Shown: positions 50,461 to 64,000 of the stretch, piece by piece
Numbering within the stretch: position 1 is the stretch's first letter
How the letters are laid out: every line of letters begins with the position of its first letter
NCBI GenBank assembly: GCA_028534125.1
Contig: CM052816.1
Coordinates: 11,782,001 to 11,846,000 of the forward strand
Origin: Lama glama
Lineage: Eukaryota
Reading direction: 5' to 3'
DNA: 64,000 bases
Translations under genes and position numbers: made by a program
The notes under the pieces: generated by a model
The model's input: the letters and a program-made list of their open reading frames with translations, nothing else
Databases searched by the model: none
Told to the model about the DNA's origin: nothing

Positions 50461-52499
50461 ATTACAGCCATTATAAAGGTGATGGAGGTTAAACTAGGCT
50501 TTGTAAAATGGGTCCAGTTAATGGGAGGGAGAAAAAGACAAGTACTAATGGACAGGGGAAGAGCCCTACCAAGCGTCTGGGGACCTTCGTTGTCCATAGT
50601 GTTCCCATGTTTTCACTTGCTACTTGCGAGACTAAGATACACTATTTATTGTAGCTAATTATAGAGATAAGTTGTATATTTGTTTTTTAATTATGAAAAG
50701 TGCCAATGATTTTTATTTTTAGAGTTTGAATAAGCAACACTAGGATGCAGAATTCAAGGTGGAAAAGAAACACAGTGAAACGTGTTCTGTTCACCCCATT
50801 CCACAGGCACCCAACTCCCCACCCAAGGGGTAATTAGTACCAAGTGATGCGTTCTTGTATTTTCCTTCCATCCTCATCCTTTATTTCTTGAGCCTTCTCT
50901 TCTGATTTTTATGAAGTGTTTGCAAGTCTATTTTACCTGTATTAAGGGTAAGCTTCCTCAGATGCTTTTATTTTTAAAGGACATTTTGCCACCCTCAAAT
51001 TTGTAGTAGTAGATTATTTTCTCGAAAGTAGCATCCAGAGGGCTAGGGGTCACATGTGGACAAAATAATGCAATCATAACTGAACATCTTCAGTTTTCAA
51101 GTGCATAGAACTCACTGGTTAATTACTGATAAGTAAAAATTCTTTAAAAAGAAACAATGTGAAATAGTTTTGAAAATCCCTGAACTAGGCATTTGATAAT
51201 ATGAATTCTAGATATGCCTCACTCCTTAAACTAGTGCCACGGCATTACATATATCATCTAACTTCTTCTGGTCTCATTTTTACATCTATTAAATGGAAGA
51301 AGTGGTCCTTTCTCTCTTTAATATTCTCTAATTTTAGCTGAAGACCAAATTTTTGCTTCATGGATACTCTTTACTTTGTATGTGGAATTCCACTAGCTCA
51401 GTGTAGCCATGCAGCTCCATTTCCCTTTGGAGAAATAAAAGGTTTAAATAAGAGTTCACAAATATGGTTTTTTTTTTTGACATGTCTAAGAGCAACACTT
51501 AGGTTCTGTTTGCTCATGTTTGATGATATAACAGATTGAATCATTTCATCAGTAGATTTGTTCATTCACATTATCTAATCTAGTGTAATTTACTAAGTAG
51601 GTGCTATGTAAATATCTATCAATTTATTGATTATTATTACTAACTCATGTAAAGCAATTTTGGTGGGGAGACCGTGAATTATCAAGCTATGTTCCCAACC
51701 TTTAGAAATGGCTGGGAGCTTATCCCTCACAATGAAGCAGCTTGCTGAGTTCAATGAGGGAAACAAACCAGGATTCAATTTTATTTGGGCTGCTCCCAGG
51801 AGAGCTGGTGTTACAAAGTAACGTAGAGTAAGCTATTCCCTGATTCCAGAGAATAAGCAGTTCTGATTCCAGAGGTTGAAAGTCAGCTCTTAAAATAACA
51901 TATCAAGTGCTCATTCACTATTTCAATAAGAATTAAGAATTTACTCCATGAGATATTTGTCTAACAGAGAGACACAGCTTCTGTATCTCTAGAGGAACAT
52001 AGTAACTGTACAAATAATGCCAGTAAAAGGGAGAAAGTAATAAGCACTAAGAAAGAGAGAGATAGAGATGTTCAGAGAAATAAAAGGTGGTCCCAGTCTG
52101 TAGAGGATCTGAAAAGGCTTTATGAAGGATTCATGAAGGTGGCTTTTGAGTTGGGTCTTGCAGGGTTCAACGTCATTTATGGTCTAAATATAAATAATTC
52201 CACTTTGTGGGATGGATTTCCATGAATGGAAATGTAAAATGCAATAGTTGTCTTGTACTGTCTGTACACATAGGCCAAGAGTTCTCGGTAAAAGAGGAAA
52301 CAGTCCTACATTATTCACTACCATGTGTTACAGGAATAAAAAATGTATGAGTTGCAAAAATTTGATGACTGAGATTTCTCATCACTAAAGCGAATTGGTT
52401 TCCAACCTGGATCCTATCAGACAGGGTGGTCACTTTGCATTTTTCCTCCCTACAGTGTTGCCCAGGAAACTATCTCCTCTGATGGAAGATGCCATTAGG

Positions 52500-52730
52500 G
52501 CAGCACTTCCAAAAGCATTTTCTGCAGAACATTTTTTCCAGAAGCATTAATGTGCTTCAAGGTGCTCTGGAATAATTAAAAAAAAAATTCCATAGACAAA
52601 TAACCCTGGGCAATAATAAAGACTGTATTCTTTCACAGACACTTACAATGTATATTTGTCTTCATAAAGGCTCTAAGAAGTCCCTCAGGAAGGGAACCTG
52701 TTTCACTTTGGTCACTGTGGTATTTACAAT
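52500..52730. mobile_element. hAT-Charlie-type DNA transposon remnant
   Basis: 'cagcacttccaaaag...taaaggctctaagaagtccctcaggaagggaacctgtttcactttg'. Confidence 0.55.
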
Positions 52731-52759
52731 CCAATTTTATTAAAAGATAAATTTTTAAA

Positions 52760-55700
52760 TTTTAAAATACGTTTATTGAGGTAAAATTTACATGCAGTGT
52801 GATCCATAGACCTTTGCATAATTTAATACGTTTTGATAAATGCAAACATTTGCGTAATCATCACCCAAACCAAGATGTAGAACATTCCTGCTACCTCCAC
52901 AAATTCTTTCTTAACCCTGTCAGGTCAATGTTTACTCTCCACTGAAAACTACTGTTCTCATTTCTCATCACAGATTATTTTGCCATTATAGTATGAATTA
53001 TTTTATTTCTGCCTTACTTTGCACAACGTACCTTTGAAGAGCCTTGTCCATACTGTTGTATCTATACATAATTTATTCTTATTGCTAGAGAAGTATTCCA
53101 CTGGATAGATATACTACAGTTTGGTTATTCATTCTCCTGTTGAACATTTTAAATGTCTTCATTTCTGAATATTATGAGTAAGGTGTCTTTGACTATTATT
53201 ATGGAACTCTATTTTGTGGACCTACGTTGTTTTCATAAATGCCTCCAAGAGAAACTGGTAGGTGTATGTACGATTTTACATTTTCTCTGGCAAAGTATGT
53301 AAGGCCCATATCACCCCCATCTGATGTTGTCAGTCTCTTTAAGCTTGTTCGTTCTAGTGAGTAAAAAAATGTACCCCCTTAAATGTTAGAATTTTACAGT
53401 GAAGCTATGTGTCCTGGAATTTTCTTTGTGAGAGGGTTTTTTTGGTAATAATATATTCAATTTACTATTAATTAGTTTATCTATCCTCTTTTTTTCCTGA
53501 TTCAATGTTATAAGTTGTATTGTAAAAGAATTTGTCCATTTCAAGTAGGTTGTCACATTTATTGGAATACAATCAAAATATTTCCTTAATATATTTTTAA
53601 TACCTGTAGGATTATTTTGATATGATCTTCCACCCACCTCGATGTTATTAATTTATGCTTTCTTTTTAAAAACTGGTCTTGCTAGATTTTTATAAGCTTT
53701 TGCTCTGTTGTTTGCTTTCTGTTTCATTGAGTTCTGCTCCTACCTTAATTTTTTCCTTCCTTCTACTCAATTTGGGTATAATTCGACTGCTAATTTGGCT
53801 TCTGTTCTAATACAAGAATTTAGAGATAAAAATTTTTATCTAAGTACTGCTTCATCCCACAGATTTTGATGTGTTGTGTTTTTATCATCATTTAGTTCAA
53901 AATAATTTTTATTTTCTTCTATGCTTTCTTTTTTGACCCAGGATATATTTAGAAATGTGTTGTTTAATTTCCATGTAGTTGGAGGGTTAGTCTATTTATC
54001 TTACCATTATTGACTTTTGATAAAATTCTTTTGAGATTAGTAACCAAGTCTTGCATGACTTTTTCTTGAAAATTTTGAGACTTATTTTATAGCCCAGCAT
54101 ATGGCCTATCTTTGTTAATTTCCTCTTTGCCATTTTTGTGTGTAGTCCTCCATAAATATCAAATAGGTCAAGGTGGCTAATAATGATGTGTTGAAGTCTC
54201 TGTCTTTGCTCTTCAACTGAAGTAAGAGAGTTTAAAATGTCCCAGTGTGACTGTGAGTTGGTCTAGTTTTTCTCCAGTTTTGTTAGTTTTTATTTCCATG
54301 TTGAAGCTCTGTTATTATATGCATACATGTTTAGAATTATTATACTTTTGTGACAAACTTATCCTATTATAATTATGAAACATCTCTCTTTATCTCGAAA
54401 ATATTTTTTCTTTGATTTTGTCTTAATAGTTCGATTTCAGGTCTCCTTTTTAAAATTAAAAATTGAAAATATATAAATTTATTATATATAATCCAGTGCT
54501 ATATTATTTTTATATTTGGGCTTATTTATATAATATAATATCATGCTGTTTACATCAGTACTCAAATTGTTCCAGCTTTGGCTTCTGGAAGCACTTTGGT
54601 TTGGTAGCAGTAGCTTTTACCAGCCCTGCCTGCCTCCCATCCTGGTGTATGGTGCTAATCTTCTGGTTTGAGTACCACCACTGAGGTCCAGGGCTTGACC
54701 TTGCTTGGCAGACCCTCTGAATCAGTTCTGCCTGAAGCCAGGCCATCTCCAAATCATATATCAGGAAGTGATCTTGAAAGCTTTATTACTCTTTAGTCAT
54801 TCTATTTCAGATTTCTTATGCTTATTTTTTCCCATCCTTTTGCTTTAAGCTATTGGATGTAGATATTTAAAGCATGGCTTGTGTAGATAGCATATAGTTG
54901 TCTTGCTTTTTACATAGTCTTAATTTATGCCTTATAATTGCAATATTTGGTCCATTTATATTTAAAGTGATTGTTGATATAGTTGGATTAAGCCTACTAT
55001 TTTGCTCTTTGTTGTCTATTTTGCTTAATGCCTCCTTTTATGTCTTCTTTGGGGTTAATGGGATATTTTAAAGTATTTTAATTCTTCTCTTGGCTTTTTA
55101 GCTCTAGCCCTACCTATGGGTAATTTTTAAAGAGTGATTACATCCTTAATCTATCACAGTGCATTTACAAATACTTGGTAGCACTTGATATAAAAATATA
55201 AGAAACTTGAAACAATATAATTTTTTATTCCATTCTTACACTATTGTTGCCATATGTTTTACATCTCCAAGTATTATGAGAATCATGATAAATATCAATT
55301 GTTGTTTAAAGAAATTAAAAGTAAATTAAAACTATCTTTTCTCCTTGACCATGTATTTACCACTGCTGGTGCTCTCCATCCCTTCTTGTAGATCTGAGTT
55401 TCTGCCTAGCTTTAGTTTCTTTCAAAGAAAAGAGCTTCATAGAGCATTTTTCACAGTACAGTTTTGCTGGTAATACATTCTCATAGTTTCTGTATGTTTG
55501 AAAATATTTTTGTCTTATATTTGTTTTTGAAATATGTTTTTCTAGAACTAGAATTCTAAGTTTACATTTATTTAATAGCCACACTTGCTCTTTAAAAATC
55601 ATTTCATTTTCTTCTGGCCTCCATTGTTTCTGATGAGAATTTAACTGTCATTTTTATTGTCCCCCTGAAATTAAGGTGTAGTTTTTCTCTAGATTGTTTC

Positions 55701-57065
55701 AAGATATTCCTTCTTTCCTTTTTTTTTTTTTGAAAGAGCTTCGACTATGAAGTATCTTTTGCTGAGCTTTTTGAATCTCTGGGTTGATATTTTCCACCAA
55801 ACTTGGGATCTTTCTGGGTGTTAATTAACATTTTTTTCAGTCTGAATCATACTTTTACCTTGTTCTGACTTTGATTATATGTGTGGTGGATTGCTTGACA
55901 TTATTCACACAGGTCATGAATCTCTGTTAATTTTTTTTTATATGTTACTATCTTCAGCTTAGATACTTTTTATGTATGTCTTCAAGTTAACTAATCCTTT
56001 CTTCTTCCATCTCCAATTTGTTGATAACCCATCTAATGACTTTTTCAGTGCTTATATTGTGTTTTTAAATTTTAGGATTTCTACTTCATTCTTTAAGGTT
56101 TCTATTTCTCTTCTATAATCCCCTTTTCATTCCTTTGTCTTCATTATGCTACCTCACCACCTGCCCACAATTTTAAAGTTATTCAATATATTTAAAGTAA
56201 TACATACTGAATTCAGCAACTGAATAATCTCAGAGTATATTTTTATGAATTTTTCTCTTGACTGTGCATCCAAGTTTTCTATTTTTCATATGTCTAGTTA
56301 TTTTAATGGAACTGTGGGTAATATCATGTAGAGACACTATATTCTGTTTTGGTGTTCTACCGAATGTTTATTTTTATCTAAGTAGGCTGATCATCTAGGA
56401 CTTGTGATGTCTTGATTTTACTCTCTTATGGAATGTTTATTGCATTTTGTTCTTAGGGAAATCTCTTAGTTCTGGACCACAATATTTACTCCGGGGTCTG
56501 GCCCCTCTGGAGTTTCAATGGAAAGATCCAGGGCTTCAGATTCTATCTCTTTCTGACTGGCTGGGATCCAATTCTGTCTCCTTATGGTAGGTGATAACTG
56601 AAACAGCTCCTAAACCTTTTGGGCTTCTAGCTGTTACTTTCCACTGAGCTTCTCATAGTGTCCCCCATACATGCACATTACAGGCATCAGCCAAGAATTC
56701 AAAAAAAGTTTACATGGAGATTTTGTGGCTCTCCACTCTGTGGCACTCGACTTCCTAGGATTTCCTTCCTCATTTTTCAGCCTCTTTGTGGCAGACCTGA
56801 ACTTTTTTTTCTCCTAACACTTGAGATTGACGTGTCTTAATGGAGAGTATGTATGTATCCATGGAATAGATGTATAAACATGGATCTGACCCTGTTTGGT
56901 TCCAGCCTTTCAAGGATCAAATCCATTTCAGTTTTTTTCCTGCTTTTGATCATTCTTCAGAGCCTTTAACTTAGTACTGATATATTTATAAAATAATCTA
57001 TTTAGAGTTTATGATTATTAACTGGGAAAGGCTCAGCCTTATGCAAAATACATTGCTATTACTAG
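52760..57065 (-). mobile_element. Old, internally deleted L1M-type LINE (3' UTR through ORF2, ORF1 and 5' remnants), with a probable nested L1MC-type piece at about 54460-54780
   Basis: 3' end 'tttattgaggtaaaatttacatgcag'; ORF2 remnants 'atttagaaatgtgttgtttaatttcca' and 'tgtagatagcatatagttg'; ORF1-region remnants 'tggcctccattgtttctgatgagaa'; T-rich + strand; many stops. Confidence 0.85.
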
Positions 57066-57559
57066 AATCAGAATTTCCAGTGGATCATTAGAAAAAATAA
57101 ATGAGTAACAACTGTTCTATCATGTTCCACGTTACACCATTTTTGCTTTTCCAGGACATGTATACAAATTCAGTGTGTCCCATAGTTACGAGATCACTGA
57201 TAACTGGATTCATTTTGTTCAATAACACTTGTTGAGCCCTTGTACTGTAGATGGCAATGCTTTAGGCATTTGTGGAGGCAGAAAAAGTTAAAACTCAATC
57301 ATAGCCTTCAAAGATCTTGTAGTCATTCATTCACTCAACTAATGATAATTTAATGCCATTTATAGTGAGAAAAACCAGAAACAACTTCTGCTCTAAAACC
57401 CGAAGTCCCAAAAGTGGAAAAAAAAAAGAAAAAAGAAAAAAACTGGATCACATCCAGACATTACTTCACCAGAAATTACTTAAATAACCACATGATCATA
57501 TAAAAATATTTTTAAAATTGTAAAATGTAGTAGAAGTCACTTTCTATGTGTATAGAAGA

Positions 57560-58500
57560 TTGAAAGTGTTGATTTAGAGTAAGAACTACAAAAGACTTTG
57601 CTGAAAAAAGATATTTGATCTGAGACTATAAGTTAATTAGGCAAAGAGGGGCAGAAAGAAGGGCCTTCATGTCAGAGCAAACAGTATAAGTGCAGGCCCT
57701 GAGCCAGGGAATAAATGAACTTTGAGACATATTTATGAACTAAAATAAATAGTTATTCCTGGTGGATTGAATGTTAAGATTGTATGAGGGAGAAGGAAAA
57801 GTCAAGGATGGTGTTAGGAGTTTGGAGTTCCAGGGCATTAGGTGCAGTACTGTTTATAGTCATAGGGAATGCATGAGGAGAACCTGATTAAAGGCAAGTT
57901 AAAGGCACTGGTTTGGTTTTGACATAGTGAATTTGAGGTGCCTTGAAGACATCAGTTGAAGATAATAATGAGCAAACAGGATGTACAATACTGGGGCCAG
58001 AAGTGGGTACTTCAGCCATTCTTCCCGCCTATTCTTTGGCCAACCAGCAAGTTGGTGACCTTAGAGCCCTGACATATTCAATTATGACACTTCCATCTAA
58101 CGAAATCAATCAATTAGTATTGATTGAGTGCTATGTATATTCTAGGTATAATACAAGTTGTCAAGGATATGGCTTTAGACAGGCAGACAAGGAACTCAAA
58201 TTCCTGTTGGGTGAGACAGGAAAAAAATATATAAACAAATGACTGAACAGTAAAATTTCCAACAATTAGTGCTTTGAGGAGAGTTAAACTAAGGCAATAG
58301 TACCTTGGGCTGGAAGGATGTGCAACTTTGTGCAGAGTGGTCAAAGAGGGCTTTTCTGATGTTCTCACCTAAATGATGAAAGAGAAGTCATATAGTGATT
58401 TTTGAGCAGAAAATTCCAGGTAGAGAAAACATTTGGAGAAAGATCCTGAGGTAGAAAGGACTAGTATTATCTTATGTGACTGGATTTTAGTGGATGAGAG
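57560..58500 (-). mobile_element. L2 LINE fragments
   Basis: 'tttggttttgacatagtgaatttgaggtgcc'; 'tattgattgagtgctatgtatattctagg...ggtcaaagagggcttttctga'. Confidence 0.7.
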
Positions 58501-61500
58501 TGGGGAATGCTAAGGACCCACTAATACATGGCTGTCTGGATTAAAAGTCCTAATCAGACCTGATTTCCAGGCGATGACTTTTGTAAGCCTTTTGACACCT
58601 TGTGCACCATCTAATGTGCTAAATCAGAAAAGTACTTAAATAGAGTACGGAATGTCAGGAACATCACCTTTTAAGCATTTCCTTGAGGTTGTAATAAAAT
58701 CCATAAAATGAAACATCTGTGGGTATTTTTTATTCTGCATCATCCACATGTCCTCATTTGTTTAAGAAGGGAGAAGATCAGTAGCTTTGGGGGGTCTGGT
58801 GATTTATGGGGCACAGAGACAGGCTGTGGTTTGTAAGATCGTGGGTAATTTCAACAGGAGTAGTCCAAGTGGGTCAATAATCTAAGAGCGCTTTAGAACA
58901 AAAAATAATGAAATAAATTACAATGGAATTTTTTTGTCCTATTATGTAACTTGATGTGATTTAAGGAAGGAATCTTCCTGACAGGAGCTGTTAGATCTTC
59001 TCAAGAATGCTTGGTGACAGCTGAGGTTTCCTGGTTCGTCCCAGAAGTCACTTAGTTTATTTGGGGGTGGGATGGGGGATACGACAAATCACATGTTTGC
59101 TGGCTAAACAATACTCCAAATTCTTGTTACTTTCTCCCTCCACTCATTTTTCCAAGTGTCAGAATCTTCCGTGGAAAATGACTGGACCTATTCAGAGAGT
59201 ATAAATGTGCATGCAAGTCGGAGTTAGAGACACAAATATAGAGCTGTTAGTGTCTTGTGGGACCTGTTCAGGTTATTTATGCCCAGGTTGCTTCTTGGAA
59301 ACAAGAATAAACTCTGAGGAAATTTGTGGATGGAGAACATCACGAAAACCTAGCCTAATAATTCTGAAACATATGTCCTCCTATAGTTTTCATAAAAATC
59401 CTTTTCTCTGCTACTTGTCCTCGACATAACCACTTAAGTTAATTTAGGCAAATTCTGCGCAGGTAAATTGAACTAGAGAGGTGGGAAAAACAGGTATTTT
59501 AGAAATAGAAAATTTCTGTTTAGAAAAAAAAAATGACAGCCATCTTGGCCTGAATACCTTGAGAACTTTAAACTTTTTAAAATACCATTTATATTCATCA
59601 GAGAACCACTTACTCATTTTCTAATTTGTCAGACTAACTTTTTTTTTTTTTGTCTTAAGTACTTTGGGGTGAGATACCCAGTCAAATCACATAGGCCCAG
59701 GAGATTTTCATGAATCCCCTAAAAGTAACCCTAGAAAGATTCTAAAAGGTCATCCTGTCCTACATTTTATTTAGGCTCAAAGGCTGAAACATTTGATCAC
59801 GGCGACCGTGTCAGTTATTGGCAGAGGGAGGTCAAGTATTTCTAGCTCAGGACTTTGTTGTCTATCCCAGAAAAGAGTAACTCATCCAAATGCCATTCCC
59901 ATTTGGCTTTGATAATTCAGTTACATTCTTGTGGCTGCACACTGAGCCTGAGCACAGTGGGCACACTTTATGGCAGGTACTTCGGCCCAAATTGGGTTAA
60001 ATTCCCTCTCCAGACATTTCTCTTTAAACACCCACGCATGAATCTCTGGACAGCTGGCTCTTTGTGTAAGTCGCCATTATGTGTAAAAGTCTCAGCTTAG
60101 TTTTCTCTAGAGAGATAGCAAGACTTCGTCCAGTAACCATCCTTTCACACTACTTTGTGCAGTCCAACAATTTTGTTTCATTTCCTGTATGTATATATAT
60201 GTGTGTGTGTGTATTTTTTTTTTTTTTACTACAGACCGGTCCTAAATTAGTATTTCCTTTTGAGAGTTTCCAGAAATGCTTTTTTTTTTTTTTAAATAGG
60301 ACTGAGTTTGGTAGACTGCAGACAGTTGGTCACGTATATGGAGAATCAAAGGACAGGCAGAGCTTTTACCACAAAGCAACTGATATATGTAAGATATTGC
60401 ATAACTAGGTAAAATCCAAGTGTTGCCCGCATATACCATAACATTTCCGTTTTAGGCAAATAAGAGACTTAAATTTGCTCACCAGGAGCTACTCCTCTCC
60501 TCTCCTCACTGTCTCTGGTGTAATAGCCTGTCATCTGATTCACTGTTCACTTCCATTTTCATTCAACATGCAACAAATATTTACGGAGTTCTGCTGTGTA
60601 TTTGATACTGTTTCATAAGCCAAGGACCCAGAAGTAAATAAAACCAATTCCCACTTCCCAGGGAGCTTACACTCTAACGGGGAAGCAGGAAAGGAAAGTG
60701 AGAGAATATGATAAATGATTCAAAGGCAAAATAATTGGACAAATACGTAACTTCTTTCAGCACATATCCTGGCTTAGGGGAGTTGTTTGGACTGTGGCAA
60801 ATTACTCATTTGCTAGAAATTGGAATCCAATAGCTGTAACGCATCTCCCAGATGCCAAAGATCTAATCAAATTGCCAGAATACGGAAACTTAAAGGGACG
60901 GTGGAAAGAGAAAGAATTTCAATTTGGATATTGACAGAATACTTCTCTTTGCATTTACTTCAAGCCAGATAGTTTTCCTTCCAGCTTTGTTTACATCTGG
61001 TATTTGTATCAGCTCTTATTTTCTTCTGATAACCCATTAACTTAAAAGTAGCTCTTATGAAGTAATAGTGACTTTTCCATTATTGAGTATCTGTTTCAAA
61101 GTCATTTAATCTTCTAAGCAGAATTTGTTGTGTGAAGTTTTATGCAGCCAAGAATAATTTATTTGCAAATGTAGCAACAGCATACAATCAGCCAAATAAG
61201 ATCGAGTTTTTCCTCCAAATAATATTCTGCTGAAAGTTTAAATGTTTCTAGTCTGTTTCATTCAAATTTGAATAGGTTTGTGCAGCCACTTAAATGTTCT
61301 CTGATACTGAAATATTATTTGGGAAACAGAACCCTGTCAACATGGACCCTCCTTTCAACATATCAACATAGTCAAATGTCCTACTCATGGTAAATATTAT
61401 TTGGAAGGCAACATTGCTTGTATGAAAGAATATAATTCAGATTATGGTTAGAGTACTTTGTACTAGCTAAATAATTCAGAAAATGTAGGTATAAAGATAC

Positions 61501-62534
61501 AGATACATTCTCTTGGGATAATTTTTAAGAATTCTCTCTTTACTTCAGTAGTAGTATTCACAAAGATTGTAATGAACATTAAAAGTTTAGGGAAAGTTTA
61601 AAATAATCAATGAGGTTATAAGCTTTGTTGCAACACTTGTACAGTTAGCCTAAATGAGACAGGGGTTTATCTGCTAAGGTGTCAGAACACATAAGACTTC
61701 TCCCATTTTGCCTGGTTGGTCCCTCGGTAGCTGTTACAAGACGGTCTTTGATATAACTTACTGTAGAAAACAGAGAAACTATCACAGTAAGCCCACAGTA
61801 AGTCAAATACTGGGATTAACAGTTTCCCTAATTTGGATGCTAATATATATATATATATGGGGGCCTTGAGTTACTCAGTCTCCAGAACTTTGATATACCT
61901 CATGGCTATGGACAGTGATAGCCAGTTATCAGTGTTAGTGAGCCAGTGTAGTTAACGTAGTCACTGTTCGTTCTTAGGGTGGTGATAAGTTTGTGCTGAA
62001 CTAGCCTTGTCCTGTTCTCTGGTTATTTTGGCCATCGAAGTGTGGCTGTAATCAAGAATGCAGGCCTTGTTTATTCAAAAAATATTTAATTTCTGTAGTG
62101 GAGGGATGAAAATTAGATCCCCATCTTGGGATGTTACAAGTGTAAGATCTAAAGCTCTAAATTACGAAGGGGAGAGACTGTGGAAGGACTACTCAGAATG
62201 CGGTGTTGAAACAGATGAAATTATCATTATTTATCAGCCTTATATGGACGCTGGTTTCTGGCCATTAAGCATTGTCCAAATATCTTAGAAAGATCTGTTC
62301 CTTTCACGGCATCCAAAACAGCAGGCATGAGGGTACCTCTCAAAGTGTTCTGTTTTAGTCGTCACTGATACATCATTGGAACAAACATGACTGACATTCT
62401 CATGAGTTTCCTGGTGTTGCATAAGGATTTCCTAAGCCTCAATTCATCACGAGACTCTCAGTTTTCTCCCTTTAGTCCTTGATCCTTGACCTCCAGCAGT
62501 CAGAGTTTCTTGTTTCCATCAGTGAAGTATATTC

Positions 62535-63575
62535 TATTATTCATTCACCCACCATTTAAGAAATATGTATTCAGTGCATAACACATACCAGGCTCTAGAC
62601 CATGCTTTGAGGAAACAAAAATGAGCAAAACCAGAAACTTTTTTCAGGGAATCATGACAAACAGACAAGGAAGTGGTCATGCTAGCTATATGATGAGGCA
62701 GCGATGGTGGTATGAACGTGTGTCTCTGTGGACATGAATAGCAGGAAGTGCTTAACTATGTTTGAAGGTATCAAGGAAGGCTTCCCAGTGACACAAAACT
62801 GAGGCATAGCTATGAGGACCCCGAAGATGGCCAGATCTCCCAGTCTCTTCCTCCTCAACCTCCATTTTTTTTAAATGAGAGTCTTGAAGTCCTCATAATT
62901 TCAACACATTGTCTTGACTAAGAGGTAATTCCCATCTTGCCTTTCCTTATTTTTTTCATGAAACATACACTTATTGGGCACCTGAGGTATGCAAAGCACT
63001 CTGTTGGGCCCTGAAAACAGTAATGAGTGGGACAGACACAGAATGCTGTGGAATGAATGTTCTAGTAAGGAAGCTGATCACAAATACATCACAGCCCAGG
63101 TGCTTATTTAACTGTGATTGTGTTGAACACTATGCATAAGTGTGTTACAAGGAGCCCCAGGTCCATGGAACAGGGCACCTGGCATTATCTGGGATCATAG
63201 AAGTTTCCTTGAGAGGCTAAACTTTGAACTGAAATCTCAGGCATGATTTGGAGTTTTCCAGACAAAAAAGCAGGGAGGAAGGTAAGCGGGGACACTGCTT
63301 TCCTGGCAGGAGGGAAGCTTCAGTGAAGGTTCCAGGAACAGAATGAAGGCCAGTCAGTATCAGCCAGAGCTCAGAGAAGAAGGTGGGATGTGGTTTGAGA
63401 AGGACCCATCGTGGGGCCAGTTCACGAGGTGCCTTGGGGACCATCTTAAAGGTGTTGGAAAAGGGAAGAAACTGAAGCTCTTAAGGGTTGGGTGGGGCAT
63501 GGGGATCCCAAGATGAGATCTCTAAACTGCATTTAAAAAACAGCCCTCTGGCTGTTGTGGGGAGATTTGATCAAA
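62535..63575 (-). mobile_element. L2 LINE fragments
   Basis: 'ttattgggcacctgaggtatgcaaagcactctgttgggccctg...gaatgaaggccagt...ccctctggctgttgtggggaga'. Confidence 0.75.
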
Positions 63576-64000
63576 GGAAAATTCCTTTGGGGCCTTTTAC
63601 CTACCTTTCTCTGTTCCTTAAGGCATCCTGAGCAGAAGATTAAATAGATCAATTCTCCACAGGGACCAGAGCTCTGTCTCAGGCTCTTGTCAGCCGTTCT
63701 ATGGGACTCGGCAGTCAGCAGAAGGCACCCACTAAGAGAGGCATCTTGGAAGTCGTATTACTTGCACATTGTTTTTACACTGTCACTCATTCTCCAGCCT
63801 TGCTATTACCTGCTTTCATTCAGAAAGCACTTATAACAGAATAAACCAAAATGCCTTGATGTTCCTGCTTTTCCCTTTAAGCAGTTGCAAATGTATTCTC
63901 TACACTGCACATCGAGGATCCAACATTAAAGATGGTCTCTGGACAATGGATGCGTAATCAGGCGCTATGTAGCTGAACATAGTCGTTTCCCCATGCTGCC

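Noticed and set aside
50568..50606. Peptide PSVWGPSLSIVFP resembling a motif in FGGY kinase
   Set aside because: Short match with no flanking similarity or splice acceptor; likely chance.
1243..63957. The many 60-157 aa ORFs in the supplied track as genes
   Set aside because: This is mammalian DNA. The ORFs are short, many start at GTG or TTG, most overlap repeats, and none matches a protein I recognise apart from L1 remnants.

Overview
Mammalian genomic DNA, most likely from a camelid (camel, llama or alpaca): two copies of a tRNA-derived SINE resemble camelid vic-1, and the L1 3' ends are of artiodactyl type. I recognise no host protein-coding exon, CpG island or intact RNA gene. The only ORF-track peptides I can assign are broken L1 remnants (9319-10288, and weakly 53386-53637 and 55357-55602). 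Most of the window is interspersed repeats: MIR, L2, CR1/L3, old and young L1, ERVL/MaLR LTRs, two well-bounded solo LTRs and MER DNA transposons. Most L1 copies lie on the minus strand, which suggests a large intron of a gene transcribed on the + strand (inference). Notable details are a tailless 5S rRNA retrocopy inserted into a perfect estrogen-response-element palindrome (about 45500-45572), a solo LTR with a CCAAT/octamer array (19711-20278), several nested insertions with readable target-site duplications (TSDs), and a few weak candidate exons and regulatory islands. I found no evidence for a new multi-gene biological system. Repeat family names come from recalled consensus sequences and need Dfam/RepeatMasker confirmation; boundaries of old repeats are approximate.
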